Both the position numbers and the translations under genes were made by a program. A DNA stretch of 64,000 nt from Promethearchaeota archaeon (GTDB taxonomy: Archaea; Asgardarchaeota; Lokiarchaeia; Sigyniarchaeales; SOKP01), in contig JAEOTA010000018.1 in the NCBI GenBank assembly GCA_016840085.1, positions 32,001 to 96,000 on the forward strand, in the 5' to 3' direction. Below are positions 20,688 through 31,969 of this stretch, in pieces. Under the pieces are notes generated by a model that was given only the letters and a program-made list of their open reading frames with translations, ran no database searches and was not told the origin of the DNA. The stretch's first letter is position 1; each line of letters starts with the position of its first letter.

Positions 20688-22163
20688 ATGACAGATAAAA
20701 AGCAATCTACTGAATTAGTATTAGGAGAAAATGAAAAAGATATTCTGGAGGACAATAGTAAACACTATTTCCAAGTAGATTTTTTAAAAGCGGCGATGAT
20801 ATTTTTAGTTATTTTTGATCATATGGTATCTTGGGGTGTAAAGCGCGATATTGGTGTAACACTTTGGGAACGAATATCTATTCCCATATTTTTAGTGATA
20901 ATAGGATTTAATATGGGGCTTTCCTTTAAAGGGAAAGGGGATCTAACATTAAAGCAATTATATTCCAAAGAGTATTTCAAACGAAAGATTTTACGATACA
21001 TTGTCCCATTTCTTATTCTATATACAGTATCAACTTTTATAGGATTGTTTATGTATGGATTTGATATTATTGAAATGTATGATCGACAATTTTATCCCTC
21101 TCATGGGTTCATGAACTTATTTATAGGAATATTACCTTTTTGGGGTCCAGGAAATTGGTTCATACCTGTGATTTTGCAGTCGATTTTAATATTGCCTTTA
21201 CTTTATAAAGGGTTTACTAAAAAACCTGTTCTGACTTTAATTCTATGTTTTCTTGTGGAAATTGCTATGCAAACAACTGTGTTTTTCTTAATAGGAGAAA
21301 TTTCATCATGGGAAGAAATTCATATTTATAACATGTTTGCGACAAGTATTTTATTCTATCTTTCTGCTGTTGGATTAGGTATGTGGTTCTCATCTGGATA
21401 TAAGCTTGAAGAAAATAGAAACTTTTTTATGTGGTTTTTGTATCCGATTAGTTTAGCGTTTATTATTGCGTATCAATTCTTTGGTTTTAGATTCATGATT
21501 GGCAATGTTTCATTTTTAAGGGGAGATTACCATTTATTAATTTTTCCTTATTCTGCGTTTTTGTTTTTACTCGCCATGAGATTTTTACCGCAAAAATCAG
21601 AAAGGCGAATCTCACGAGCAATAACACTGATAGGGAAATCTACTTATCATATCTTACTCATACAAATTTTAGGATATGGCATGATTACTGCTTATTGGGG
21701 AACTCATTATGGGATAGATGTTGGTTTTGAGCCCGATGTAATATTGGACATGATAACTGCTTGGATCCTTTTCATCTCATTCGGAATCCTATGGTATAAA
21801 ATAGATCAAAACAAGGATATATCAAGACGTGTTCTTTATTATATAAATTTTTTCATCGTATTTACCTCACTATTATTTTTTTCTTTCTGGGCTCAAGGCT
21901 TCTGGATACCGATACCACTTCTAATCATCCTTGGCTATGCAGTTATAGCTTTAATTACTATCTCTATTATTAAAAAGCCACTTAAAACAAGGATTTTGGG
22001 ATACTGGAGTTTATTTTTATTGGTAACTTTCATAATGTTAGTTCTACAGGTATCAGTCTTTCAACGGAGCGAATTTTGGATCTCATTGATTCCTATTGGA
22101 GTTTGCCTTATTTTTGCGATATTAGGGACACTTTTGGTTTATTTTCCAATTAAAAAAAAATAA
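20688..22163 (+). CDS. Acyltransferase-3 (OafA-like) membrane acyltransferase with C-terminal extension
   Basis: QVDFLKAAMIFLVIFDH, IPIFLVIIG, NWFI, IGKSTYHILLIQ. Confidence 0.85.
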   Translation: MTDKKQSTELVLGENEKDILEDNSKHYFQVDFLKAAMIFLVIFDHMVSWGVKRDIGVTLWERISIPIFLVIIGFNMGLSFKGKGDLTLKQLYSKEYFKRKILRYIVPFLILYTVSTFIGLFMYGFDIIEMYDRQFYPSHGFMNLFIGILPFWGPGNWFIPVILQSILILPLLYKGFTKKPVLTLILCFLVEIAMQTTVFFLIGEISSWEEIHIYNMFATSILFYLSAVGLGMWFSSGYKLEENRNFFMWFLYPISLAFIIAYQFFGFRFMIGNVSFLRGDYHLLIFPYSAFLFLLAMRFLPQKSERRISRAITLIGKSTYHILLIQILGYGMITAYWGTHYGIDVGFEPDVILDMITAWILFISFGILWYKIDQNKDISRRVLYYINFFIVFTSLLFFSFWAQGFWIPIPLLIILGYAVIALITISIIKKPLKTRILGYWSLFLLVTFIMLVLQVSVFQRSEFWISLIPIGVCLIFAILGTLLVYFPIKKK

Positions 22164-22281
22164 TTTATAATTCTCTTTTTTTAATTATTAAAAACTGGAC
22201 TACTAATATCTTTAATAACAATTTATTATTTTTTTAAATATCAATTATTTTTAAATTACTAAGTTTGGAACGTGTTTTTTT

Positions 22282-22956
22282 ATGAGTATGAATGTAATTA
22301 AAAAAAAATTTAGTGTAGGAACTATAGGGTTATGGGCAATCTTCTTTATTGTCACTATTGTAATGGTAGGTCTACTAATAGGAGAAGTTTTCTTTGAATC
22401 TGATATTTGGATACCTATTATCCCAATTGGGGTTTTACTAGTTTTAGCAGTTATGGCTACTGCTGTAGAACTTAGATCTGAAAAGAGGGTTAAAATAGGT
22501 ATTATTGGAGCATGGACAATATTTTTAATAACCACAGTTGTAATGGCCGCTCTTATATTCGGAGAAATTTTCTCACCTGATGAGTTTTGGATTCCTATGA
22601 TTCCAGTCGGAACTTTATTTATTCTCGCAATTATCCCCACAATTTTACATTACATCTCAGGAGAAGTAAAATTTTGTCCTAAGTGTGGAAAAAAGTTTGA
22701 AAAAAAATGGGAATTTTGTCAAGAGTGTGGTAAGAGAGTGCTTATGGCCTGTCCATCTTGTGGTACGAAAGTTAAGGGAAATCCTAAATTCTGTCATAAA
22801 TGTGGAACAAATTTAAGCGAAGTTGAAATTGTACAAATTTTTCGACCTCCTACGAAACCAAAAGCTCAGAATCAAGCTAATTTTTGTCATCAATGTGGAG
22901 GCCCTGCAAATCCAGAAGCTAAGTTTTGCGGGTTTTGTGGTGCTCCCAAAACATAA
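22282..22956 (+). CDS. Membrane protein with two repeated TM hairpins and C-terminal double zinc ribbons
   Basis: Two ~57-aa hydrophobic repeats, then six CxxCG pairs. Confidence 0.85.
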   Translation: MSMNVIKKKFSVGTIGLWAIFFIVTIVMVGLLIGEVFFESDIWIPIIPIGVLLVLAVMATAVELRSEKRVKIGIIGAWTIFLITTVVMAALIFGEIFSPDEFWIPMIPVGTLFILAIIPTILHYISGEVKFCPKCGKKFEKKWEFCQECGKRVLMACPSCGTKVKGNPKFCHKCGTNLSEVEIVQIFRPPTKPKAQNQANFCHQCGGPANPEAKFCGFCGAPKT

Positions 22957-23024
22957 TTACTTTCTATTTTTTTATTGGTTTTAGAAAATTAGAATCAAGA
23001 AAATTAGGATTTTTAGTTAGAATT

Positions 23025-23642
23025 CTATCTTGCAGAAACAGCAATTCTCTCAATTTCATCTTTTCGCTTAACAGCTCGAGAATCTTGACTATTTCTACTT
23101 GCTAAAATTAATTCTTGTGCTATATTCTCTTCTAACATCCGTTCACTTATATGGGATCTTGCACCAATTGCTTGAACGATATATTTGATAGCTAAGTCAA
23201 CTCGTCGTTGGGGCGCGATATCTACTGCTGAAGCATAACTAATGCCCCCCATAGCGATCTTGGTGGTTTCTTCTCGAGGCGCAGTATTCACTATTGCGTC
23301 TATTAAGACTTGAATCGGATTTTGATCAGTATTCAATTCAATTAAAATAAAAGCATTTTTTATATTTCTTAATAATTTTGATTTCTTTCCTGAATGATAT
23401 GAGCTTTTATGACCCTTAATTCTACTTCCAATAAAACCTGGAGAAAGTAATCTATTTGTAAAACGCTCAATAACAGAGACTTTTGAACTTTTCCAAAATC
23501 TTCTATGCTCATGCCTCCCAGCAGAATGAGGAATAATGATAGGTTTTAAGTTGATATAGTTTTCAAGTGTTCTATCTTTTATTTCAATATTATCAAAAGA
23601 CCATCTATTAAATAGTTTTATTTCTTTTTTTGCTTTGCTCAT
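23025..23642 (-). CDS. rps7: Ribosomal protein uS7
   Basis: KLFNRWS, NPIQVLIDAIVN..PREETT, AVDIAPQRRVD, ERIAVSAR. Confidence 0.97.
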   Translation of the reverse strand: MSKAKKEIKLFNRWSFDNIEIKDRTLENYINLKPIIIPHSAGRHEHRRFWKSSKVSVIERFTNRLLSPGFIGSRIKGHKSSYHSGKKSKLLRNIKNAFILIELNTDQNPIQVLIDAIVNTAPREETTKIAMGGISYASAVDIAPQRRVDLAIKYIVQAIGARSHISERMLEENIAQELILASRNSQDSRAVKRKDEIERIAVSAR

Positions 23643-23660
23643 TTTTACTTACCTCTTAGA

Positions 23661-24089
23661 TTATCGTAAGGGTTTCTCCTTCTTTCCTTGAAGTAATGCC
23701 TCTAAGCTTACACCATTTACCTTAACTACCTTGTAACGAACACCAGGAAGATCTCCAATACTTCTCCCTTTTGCACCTCCAATCCCCTCAATTATAACCC
23801 GATCATGTTCTTCTATGAAGTTAAGCGCTCCATCTCCTGGAAGGAAGGCTGTTACACTTTTTCCATTCTTTTTCAATTGAACTCTTACACATTTTCTTAT
23901 CGCAGAATTAGGTTGTTTACTCTCTCTTCCCACCTTTTGTAATACGATGCCTAAAGCTTGGCATGCTCCTTCTAATGGATCTGCTTTTTGTTTTAGCTTG
24001 AGCTTCCTTCTTTTATATTTAGTTTTAGACCATTGAAATTTCTTTCGATTGGCTTTAAGTTTTCTCGCAGAGTAAAGTCCTTTTGGCAC
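23661..24089 (-). CDS. rps12: Ribosomal protein uS12
   Basis: [25 protein letters not shown]. Confidence 0.98.
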   Translation of the reverse strand: MPKGLYSARKLKANRKKFQWSKTKYKRRKLKLKQKADPLEGACQALGIVLQKVGRESKQPNSAIRKCVRVQLKKNGKSVTAFLPGDGALNFIEEHDRVIIEGIGGAKGRSIGDLPGVRYKVVKVNGVSLEALLQGKKEKPLR

Positions 24090-24189
24090 TTATTTTACCA
24101 CCAAAATTTAATTAATTATAATGTGAAAAAATACATCCTTAAACTTAAAATTTTTGTATAGAATTTAGTTTTATTATTTTTTTAGCATT

Positions 24190-25437
24190 TTATTCTACTC
24201 GTAAATCAAGACTTTTAATAGCATTATAACAAATATCAATGCAAGCATTTAGATTTGTTTTCGAGCATTTATCAGGAGTATCTCTTTTAGAATGAATATA
24301 TTTTACATCTTTATCTGATATAAAAGCGCTGACCTGAAAACCATCTTTCCCCGCTTTTTTAGCAAAAGTTTGAAAGACTTTATGATCACTGAAATTTCCT
24401 AAAACCATAGTTTCTTTTACAAATGATATTTTTTGATGAGTAGCTGATGCTTCTAAAATATTGTTTAAATTTGTATTTATTTTTTTCTTCTTAAATAATC
24501 CAGCGATATCTACTAGGCCTACGTACGTTCCCACCATGTCGATATTAATGTTATAAGATTTATCTAAATCATAGTCATGATTTAATTCTTCGAAATGTTT
24601 TAAACAATATTGTTTTGAGCCCATGTAGCCCATTTCCTCAGCTCCACACCAAATAAATATGACGTCAGTTTTCTCAAGCGGGTTTTTTTTAATTAATTTT
24701 GCTAATTCTAACAAAATTGCGATTCCACTTGCATTATCGATAGAACCTATTGATTCATCTAATTTTTTATTCTCAAGAATAACAATTATCATGATAAGAA
24801 GAGATCCTCCGATAATTAATGAGATATTTCTTAACAATAAAAAAATATTATCTATTTGAATGATAGAAAATAGAGCTAAAAGAGACCATATTGAAAGAAT
24901 TAAGGTTAAAATAAAATATGCTAAAAAGAGAATAAAAGTGGATATATATAGGACTATCTTCATTTTCATCGAATATCTTTGAGATAAAGTATCATGATGA
25001 GCTGAAAAAATAATAGCAGGTCTTCTTGGATATATGTCTTTAGCATTAATTGTGGCTATAACATTTTTAGACTCTTGTTCTCTGCCAAAATGTAAAATTC
25101 GTGTACTATCGAATAAAAATTTCACCCCGAAATAAATAATGATAATAAATAGAATATCCAGTGGCAAATAAATCCAAGCAATATTTGGGTAAAATGAAAT
25201 TATTCCACAAATAAAAATATAAATAAAGATAAATATAAATCCCAATTTTGTTAAAATTGTTAATGAAATATACCATTCAAAAGTTTCTACAGAAGTTTGA
25301 ATCTTCTCCTTATCTAGGTCCTGCATTATGTAATTTATACTTTTAGTTTCACCTTCTGTTGCTGCCCGTCTTTTAAAAGCAAGATTTTTTACATGATTTT
25401 GTGCTGCTTGCTCGTCATAGAGAGTTAAGGTCGACAT
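24190..25437 (-). CDS. Membrane-embedded M28 family metallopeptidase
   Basis: SAHHD, DNASG, AEEMG, NIDMVG, IHSKRD zinc-ligand motifs; several TM helices. Confidence 0.88.
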   Translation of the reverse strand: MSTLTLYDEQAAQNHVKNLAFKRRAATEGETKSINYIMQDLDKEKIQTSVETFEWYISLTILTKLGFIFIFIYIFICGIISFYPNIAWIYLPLDILFIIIIYFGVKFLFDSTRILHFGREQESKNVIATINAKDIYPRRPAIIFSAHHDTLSQRYSMKMKIVLYISTFILFLAYFILTLILSIWSLLALFSIIQIDNIFLLLRNISLIIGGSLLIMIIVILENKKLDESIGSIDNASGIAILLELAKLIKKNPLEKTDVIFIWCGAEEMGYMGSKQYCLKHFEELNHDYDLDKSYNINIDMVGTYVGLVDIAGLFKKKKINTNLNNILEASATHQKISFVKETMVLGNFSDHKVFQTFAKKAGKDGFQVSAFISDKDVKYIHSKRDTPDKCSKTNLNACIDICYNAIKSLDLRVE

Positions 25438-25570
25438 ATGAATTAATTTAAATATTAATTATTAGTAGAAAAAGGGGATTATTTTTATTTCTAATGGTTA
25501 AATTCTTATTTCGTTAGAAAAGTGATAAGAGACAAATAATTTAAAAGAGTTAAGGAAATTTTGAATGTAA

Positions 25571-26050
25571 TTAGATATTTTTAGTATTAATAATTACATT
25601 ATCGACTTCAAAATACCTTATAACCAATTCTTTTATTTTCCTTATCATAGAACCTTCTTTACCTATAGCCTTTCCACGATCTTGAGGCCGAACAGTTATA
25701 ATAACTGTTTTCTTTTGGTTTCGACTACTTTCCTTTATTTCAATATTTTGAACTACAATAGAATTTTTGGTAGTTTGCAAAATATTTTTTATGAATTGAG
25801 TAAGGTTTTCAGAGAAGGCTATTACATCTATCTTTTTTTGTAGTTTTGATTTTAAGTCTTTAACATGTTCCCCTGCTTTTCCTATAGCTTTTCCTACATC
25901 TTCATCTTTAACTAAAAAGATGATCACTTCTGCATTACTCTCAAGATTCTTAAATATCAGGCAATCTTTTATTATAGCACCAGAAATATTATTGAATAAT
26001 GAGATAAGTTCCATTGCCTCTCTATCGATTTTAATGTTTTTTTTTAGCAT
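25571..26050 (-). CDS. nusA: Archaeal NusA (two KH domains)
   Basis: GKAIGKAG and GKAIGKEG KH loops; lies between rpl30e and rps12. Confidence 0.93.
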   Translation of the reverse strand: MLKKNIKIDREAMELISLFNNISGAIIKDCLIFKNLESNAEVIIFLVKDEDVGKAIGKAGEHVKDLKSKLQKKIDVIAFSENLTQFIKNILQTTKNSIVVQNIEIKESSRNQKKTVIITVRPQDRGKAIGKEGSMIRKIKELVIRYFEVDNVIINTKNI

Positions 26051-26082
26051 TTTTAAATTACATTTAATTCTTAATTTTAATA

Positions 26083-26454
26083 TTATCTTCTCAAACTTAA
26101 CAAATCAGAGTCTCCTTCATCAAAAACAGCTATTACTGAGATCATATATGGTTTAGCACATGCTAATCCAAGATCCCAACTAGAACCCTTATATCTATGG
26201 ATATATATCTTATCTTTCATAAGAGCATTATAATGATTAAGTTGACTTTCTAAATTTTTGGGACAATTGTTAGCTATAATTAGCATCTTAATAGTCACAT
26301 CTTGCCTAAAATGTTTTAATATTCGATTTTTGCCATATACTATTTTTCCTGTTTTATAAGCAACTTTAATATTAGTATCAATGTCAAACTCTTTCGTCTT
26401 TTTACGAGATAAATCAAGTTTTTCTGCAACCTTTTTAGTTTTCTTCTTTGACAT
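26083..26454 (-). CDS. rpl30e: Ribosomal protein eL30
   Basis: KTGKIVYG, LIIANNCP, DLGLACAKPY, GDSDLL. Confidence 0.95.
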   Translation of the reverse strand: MSKKKTKKVAEKLDLSRKKTKEFDIDTNIKVAYKTGKIVYGKNRILKHFRQDVTIKMLIIANNCPKNLESQLNHYNALMKDKIYIHRYKGSSWDLGLACAKPYMISVIAVFDEGDSDLLSLRR

Positions 26455-26592
26455 GATCTTTTCAATACGTGTTTATATAATAAGTTATAATGATAAATTC
26501 ATTTTTAATTTTTTTTTGGATTCCTTAATTATTTGTTTTTATTATAAGTTTATGTTTTAAAATTATATATCAATCCAAGTTAACTAAATAGT

Positions 26593-27798
26593 TTATTCCG
26601 TATTTTTTTTCTTCTTTTTCAATATTAACAGATTTGCATCTAGATCAAACATTACACTTACGCGTCCTGAACCAATCGGACTTATTTGACCCACAATAAC
26701 ATTCTCGGGAATTCCTAGGAGACGTTCTTCCTCTCCGTATAACCCTGCATCTAGAAGCTGGTTTACAGTGACCTCAAAAGCAGCACGAGCAAAAACACTT
26801 GATTTTGAACCAGAGATCCCATGTCGTCCTATTGACTGGATTGAACCTGAATAGCACATTAAATCAGCTAAAATAAGTAGATGCCTTAAATCAACATCTA
26901 ATCCTTGTTGTTCAAGAACTTTTTGAGATTCTTGTATTATCATTTGCCGTGCAGCTTCTATGCCATATAATTTTTCAATTTCATGAATATGATTTGAAAC
27001 TGATCTTTTATAATCTACTCCCTCAATTTGAATTACTCCTTGCAAATTTGTCCCTTCTGTTTTAATTACCCATTCTGAACCATCATCTGAGGGAGTTAAT
27101 AAGCCTCTTTTTATGCCTCTAACACCTTTTACAACCTTTTTTAGAATTTTCTCTCTTAATTTTTGTAAACTCTGTAAATCTTCTATTCCGGGATCAATTA
27201 TAATAGAACTTCCCTCACGTTTAATTGTACCTTTTTTCTTATATCGCTTTAATACTTCAGGGATTTCATCTATATCTATTCCTTTCTTTTCGCAGATCTC
27301 AGGAATTAGATTAACAATAATTTGCCAGTTAACAAAATCAAGATCAACATCTGAAGTTATCTGCTCTATACGTATCTGTTCAATACGATTATGGACTTTA
27401 ATCGCTTGATCTTCCTCTTCCCGATATAAATCTTCTAAATATACCTCCATAGCAGGGGTTGATGGAAATCTCCTCGCATCTACTATTTCAATTAGACGCG
27501 GAAGGCCTTGAGTAACGCTGAACTCTTCAACTCCTGCGTAATGAAATGTTCTTAAAGTCATCTGGGTTCCAGGCTCACCAATAGATTGTGCAGCTATGGT
27601 TCCTACGGGTTCTGAAGTTTCTACAACAGCATTATTAAAGTTTATAAAAACTTTGTTAAGTAGATATTCTAATTGTTCTTCCTCTAAATCCTCATCTTTA
27701 ACCTTTTCTCGAATTTTACTTATTAAATCTCCTGGTATCCCATCATCTTGAAGCTCTGTTAATTTTTCCTCTAAAATTTGTTGATTTACTTTAACCAT
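26593..27798 (-). CDS. rpoA2: RNA polymerase subunit A'' (Rpo1C)
   Basis: [33 protein letters not shown]; ATG at 27798 follows an AGGAG SD. Confidence 0.97.
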   Translation of the reverse strand: MVKVNQQILEEKLTELQDDGIPGDLISKIREKVKDEDLEEEQLEYLLNKVFINFNNAVVETSEPVGTIAAQSIGEPGTQMTLRTFHYAGVEEFSVTQGLPRLIEIVDARRFPSTPAMEVYLEDLYREEEDQAIKVHNRIEQIRIEQITSDVDLDFVNWQIIVNLIPEICEKKGIDIDEIPEVLKRYKKKGTIKREGSSIIIDPGIEDLQSLQKLREKILKKVVKGVRGIKRGLLTPSDDGSEWVIKTEGTNLQGVIQIEGVDYKRSVSNHIHEIEKLYGIEAARQMIIQESQKVLEQQGLDVDLRHLLILADLMCYSGSIQSIGRHGISGSKSSVFARAAFEVTVNQLLDAGLYGEEERLLGIPENVIVGQISPIGSGRVSVMFDLDANLLILKKKKKNTE

Positions 27799-27815
27799 AA
27801 TTCTACTACTCCTTT

Positions 27816-30746
27816 TTACATTCTTTGTTCTTTCCACTCTAAATATGCTTTTGTCTCTTTCCCTCGCCATATAGCGTTCTTACCTGTTTCTTCCTCGAAT
27901 TGCTTTTGTAAAGTCTCCTCATCAATAGGTTCTTCTGCTATTTTTTCTTTTTTGGGTTTCTCTTTAAATGGGGTTGTTTTCTTAGCTTTTACTTTTTTTG
28001 CTTTTGAAGGTGTTTTTTTAGGGATAGGTTGTTTTTCAATTTCTTCTCGAATTTGGTCTACATCAAGCGCTTTGGCTTTGAGGAGTAAAACATCTAAATT
28101 CACAGAAGAAGAGTGATCTGTACGCATCGGGTCTATGCCATCATCGCCAAAGCGAAACTGGATGACATTTTTATCTGAGTTTCTAACAGTTCCATCATTT
28201 TCTACGACCATATCTTGTAGGGCATTCACTAACCTACGTTGCATGTACCCAGAAGTACTGGTTCGGACTGCAGTATCCACAAGTCCTTCTCTGCCCCCCA
28301 TACTATGAAAGAAGAATTCTGCTGGCCGTAATCCGTTTCTGTAAGATGCCTCAACAAAACCCCTCGCAAGTGGCGTTAAATCATTTAATTTAAAATGTGG
28401 TAAGGTTCTACTACTATAGCCTCTATTAATTCTTTCACCTCTAATCGCTTGTTGCCCAACAAGCGCAGACATTTGCCCTAGATTTACTATATTTCCTCTA
28501 GCTCCTGACTTAGTCATAATAACAGAGTGAGCTTCATCTCCAATAAAGTCAGCAGCAGTTTCTTCAGCTTTTTTACGTGCTTCGGCTAAAACTTGTCGTA
28601 TTCGTAATTCTAATGTTTCTCTCATAGACCGTCCAGGTGCTCGTTTGAGAATCTTTGTATCATTTTCGTAAAATGCATTTATGAGTCTTCCAGACTCCTC
28701 ATCTGATTCTTTTAAGATCTTCTGGATTTCTTCATATGCATGACCGTGTACATAAACCTCATCTAAGCCCATGGTCATACCATTTTTTCTTATAATATAA
28801 AGTAGCATTTTAGTAGCACTGTCTAAAAATTGTCGTCCACGAGCATTGCCATGATCTTTAATAATGCGTTGTAAAATGCTATTAGATTGCATAGCTCCAA
28901 ATGAATTTTCATCAATAGTTCCGGTCACCAACTTTCCATTTTTAATGACAACATATGCATCATAAGGACAATCATCTTCTGTGCATACATCACATTTCTT
29001 GCAAAATTTCGACTTTACTTTAATATTTAAATCATCTGGAAATAGCGAACTAAATATTTGTTTTCCCGAATACATTGGCTCTGGTTCAGTAACTACAGGT
29101 TTCAATTGATCTAATTTAAAATCAGGTTTATTTTTGAAGATATCACCAGCATATAATAATTTTAACGTGTCTTTTTTATTATATATAGAATCTATACTTG
29201 TAAATTGAAATACACTTGATATAAAATCTTGGATACCTCCTAAGATTGGTCCTCCAAATCGAGGGGATAAAATATGTTCTTGCACTTTAAGCAGTAATTC
29301 TGCTTCTGTTCGAGCTTCCTCACTTTGAGGAACATGTAAATTCATTTCATCTCCATCAAAATCAGCATTATATGGAGGGCACACAGTTAAATTCAATCGA
29401 AAAGTTCTTCCATCCATAATTTTTACTTCATGAGCCATGATAGACATTCTATGAAGAGATGGTTGTCGATTGAATAATACTAGATCTCCGTCACTTAAAT
29501 GCCGTTCAACCGTGAATCCTGGAGCTAACATATCAGAGATAATTTTTCGATTTTTTACATACCGTAAGTCAATTCTTCTGCGATCATTACGAATAATATA
29601 ATTAGCTCCTGGATGTCTGAAGGGTCCATTCAAGACCATTTGTTTCATTTCTTCAATATTCCAATCATTAACATTAGTAGGAATAGTTAAAATTTTTGCT
29701 ATTTCTATTGGGACGCCTACGTCGTTAATGCTGATATATGGATTTGGTGAGATTACACTTCTTGCTGAAAAATCAACTCTCTTCCCACTTAAATTACTCC
29801 TAAATCTACCCTCCTTGCCTTTCAATCGTTGAGTTAAGGTCCTAAGTGCTCGACCTGAACGATGTCTGGCAGGTGGTATTCCTGATACTTGATTATCAAA
29901 ATAGGTTGTTATATGATATTGCAATAACTCCCAAAGATCTTCAACAATTAAATGAGGTGCGCCAGCATCAATATTTTCTCTTAATCTCTGGTTTATTCTG
30001 ATGACATCTACCAATTTATGAGTGAGATCATCTTCAGAACGGATACCGCTATCTAGAGTAATAGATGGTCTCGCGCATACAGGTGGTATAGGTAAGACTG
30101 TAAATATAACCCATTCGAGTCTTGCGTTTTCAGGTGAAATTCCCAAAATCCTAAGATCAACATCACTCATTTTTTTAAGACGTTCTATAATCTCTATAGG
30201 CGTTATTCTACGAGAACCCTTTCCTTCTTCTTCCTCATAAAAAGTAGTAGGTTTTTCTATAACTATTTTTTTTTTCATAGCGCCGCAAAATGGACATGTT
30301 TTGGTCTTTCTTGCCCTTTTGAATACTATTTTAGCGGCATCTTCATCACCTTCGAAAAACAATTTTCGATGCTTAATTTGATCTTGTCTGAATTTTTCTT
30401 TTTCTTCATCAGTAAGCAATAATCGAGAGCATTCAGGGCAAATTGATCGTAAAACTTTTAAAACTTTCTTTGCATAACCCACATGAATGACCGGGCGAGC
30501 AAGCTCAATGTGTCCGAAATGACCCATGCAATTGCTTACAAGATTGCCGCAAGTCTGACAACGTTGTCCTGGTTCTATTGTGCCTAATCTCTGGTCCATT
30601 AATCCGCTCGGTATCGGGAGACCATCCTCATCATAAGTATCAGCTGTAATTATTCTTGCGGCAGACATTTTTCTAATCTCATCTGGGCTTAATAACCCAA
30701 ATTTGATTTTCTCAATCATTTTATTTCGAGAAAATGAATAACTCAT
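27816..30746 (-). CDS. rpoA1: RNA polymerase subunit A' (Rpo1N)
   Basis: [11 protein letters not shown] active site, [22 protein letters not shown]. Confidence 0.99.
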   Translation of the reverse strand: MSYSFSRNKMIEKIKFGLLSPDEIRKMSAARIITADTYDEDGLPIPSGLMDQRLGTIEPGQRCQTCGNLVSNCMGHFGHIELARPVIHVGYAKKVLKVLRSICPECSRLLLTDEEKEKFRQDQIKHRKLFFEGDEDAAKIVFKRARKTKTCPFCGAMKKKIVIEKPTTFYEEEEGKGSRRITPIEIIERLKKMSDVDLRILGISPENARLEWVIFTVLPIPPVCARPSITLDSGIRSEDDLTHKLVDVIRINQRLRENIDAGAPHLIVEDLWELLQYHITTYFDNQVSGIPPARHRSGRALRTLTQRLKGKEGRFRSNLSGKRVDFSARSVISPNPYISINDVGVPIEIAKILTIPTNVNDWNIEEMKQMVLNGPFRHPGANYIIRNDRRRIDLRYVKNRKIISDMLAPGFTVERHLSDGDLVLFNRQPSLHRMSIMAHEVKIMDGRTFRLNLTVCPPYNADFDGDEMNLHVPQSEEARTEAELLLKVQEHILSPRFGGPILGGIQDFISSVFQFTSIDSIYNKKDTLKLLYAGDIFKNKPDFKLDQLKPVVTEPEPMYSGKQIFSSLFPDDLNIKVKSKFCKKCDVCTEDDCPYDAYVVIKNGKLVTGTIDENSFGAMQSNSILQRIIKDHGNARGRQFLDSATKMLLYIIRKNGMTMGLDEVYVHGHAYEEIQKILKESDEESGRLINAFYENDTKILKRAPGRSMRETLELRIRQVLAEARKKAEETAADFIGDEAHSVIMTKSGARGNIVNLGQMSALVGQQAIRGERINRGYSSRTLPHFKLNDLTPLARGFVEASYRNGLRPAEFFFHSMGGREGLVDTAVRTSTSGYMQRRLVNALQDMVVENDGTVRNSDKNVIQFRFGDDGIDPMRTDHSSSVNLDVLLLKAKALDVDQIREEIEKQPIPKKTPSKAKKVKAKKTTPFKEKPKKEKIAEEPIDEETLQKQFEEETGKNAIWRGKETKAYLEWKEQRM

Positions 30747-31040
30747 AAGTTATATACCTCTATATTTATATTTTCAGTCAATTTCAGTGAAGAAGAAGGG
30801 TATGTCATAGGAGAAAACATCCTCTATAATGGTTATAATATACAATATTTAAAAAATAAGATAACAAGTCTTCCACTGTAAATAGGATAAGATAGCAAAT
30901 AATAAAAATTTTATTGTTTTCGGCTTATTTAATATTGTTATTAGCAATCTAAATCTAAATCAATAATTTGTTTTTTCAAAATAAACATTAATTCATGAAT
31001 ATTTAAATACTATTAAATTAAAGTATCCACTTGAGTAAAA

Positions 31041-31865
31041 ATGGGATCAAATAATGAAAAAGAAGAAATGATTGTTAAAAAATATCCGAAAACTCATAAA
31101 TTAATGTTTGATATGCTAGATTTAAGTTTACAACTCCATCATGTTCATGTGATTGCACAAGTCGATGTTGATTTAGTTTTAAGACTCTTAGAACAATATA
31201 AGGATAATCAAAATGAAAAGCTATCCTTTACAGGTTATCTCATTTATGTAATTTCTAGAGCAATCGAGAAATATAAGGATGCTCATGCTATACGAGTTGG
31301 TCTTAAGAGATATATTTTTAATGATGTAGATGTGCACATTATTATAGAAAGAGAAACAAAAGATGGTGAACTAGTTCCAACAAGTCATATTATTCGTCAA
31401 GCTAACCGTAAATCCCTCCTCGAAATTCATAATGAAATCCGAAATGCACAAGAGCAAAGTATTGAGGGGTTAGTAGGTCTTGGAACGAGAAGAGAGAAGC
31501 TGCAAAAGTTATTTAGTTCATTTCCTGGGTTTTTACGGAAAAAAATCTTAAAAAGAATGCTGAAAAAACCTAAAATGATGAAAAAAAATATAGGCACTGT
31601 TTGTGTTACTGCTGTAGGAATGTTAACTAAAGATATAAGGACTATTGGAATGCCAATTCCTGTCCAGCCGTGGCCCATCCAATTCTCAATAGGGTGTTTA
31701 GATAAAAGATTTAAGATGATAAATGGAAAAATGATTGAACGAGATGTTCTTAATGTATCGATTACTTTTGATCATGATGTTATACAGGGAGGTGTTATAA
31801 CGAGGTTCCTTACTGAAATTTATAATATGGTTGAATCTGGTTTTGGATTAAAACAAACACTCTGA
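31041..31865 (+). CDS. Stand-alone 2-oxoacid dehydrogenase acyltransferase (E2) catalytic-domain protein
   Basis: LSFTGYLI, GTVCVTAVG, SITFDHDVIQG; no lipoyl domain. Confidence 0.82.
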   Translation: MGSNNEKEEMIVKKYPKTHKLMFDMLDLSLQLHHVHVIAQVDVDLVLRLLEQYKDNQNEKLSFTGYLIYVISRAIEKYKDAHAIRVGLKRYIFNDVDVHIIIERETKDGELVPTSHIIRQANRKSLLEIHNEIRNAQEQSIEGLVGLGTRREKLQKLFSSFPGFLRKKILKRMLKKPKMMKKNIGTVCVTAVGMLTKDIRTIGMPIPVQPWPIQFSIGCLDKRFKMINGKMIERDVLNVSITFDHDVIQGGVITRFLTEIYNMVESGFGLKQTL

Positions 31866-31969
31866 AGTTTAGATATATTAGATTTTAAACCCTTAAAAAA
31901 GAATTTTGTAATTATTAAATTGTATCTCAAACAACGCTTTAATTAATTGATATATTTAATTACATAATA

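Noticed and set aside
26593-30746. Possible fused Rpo1 (A'+A'') or intein
   Set aside because: rpoA1 has a clear stop and rpoA2 its own SD and ATG; no intein motifs or length excess in rpoA1, rpoA2 or rfcS.
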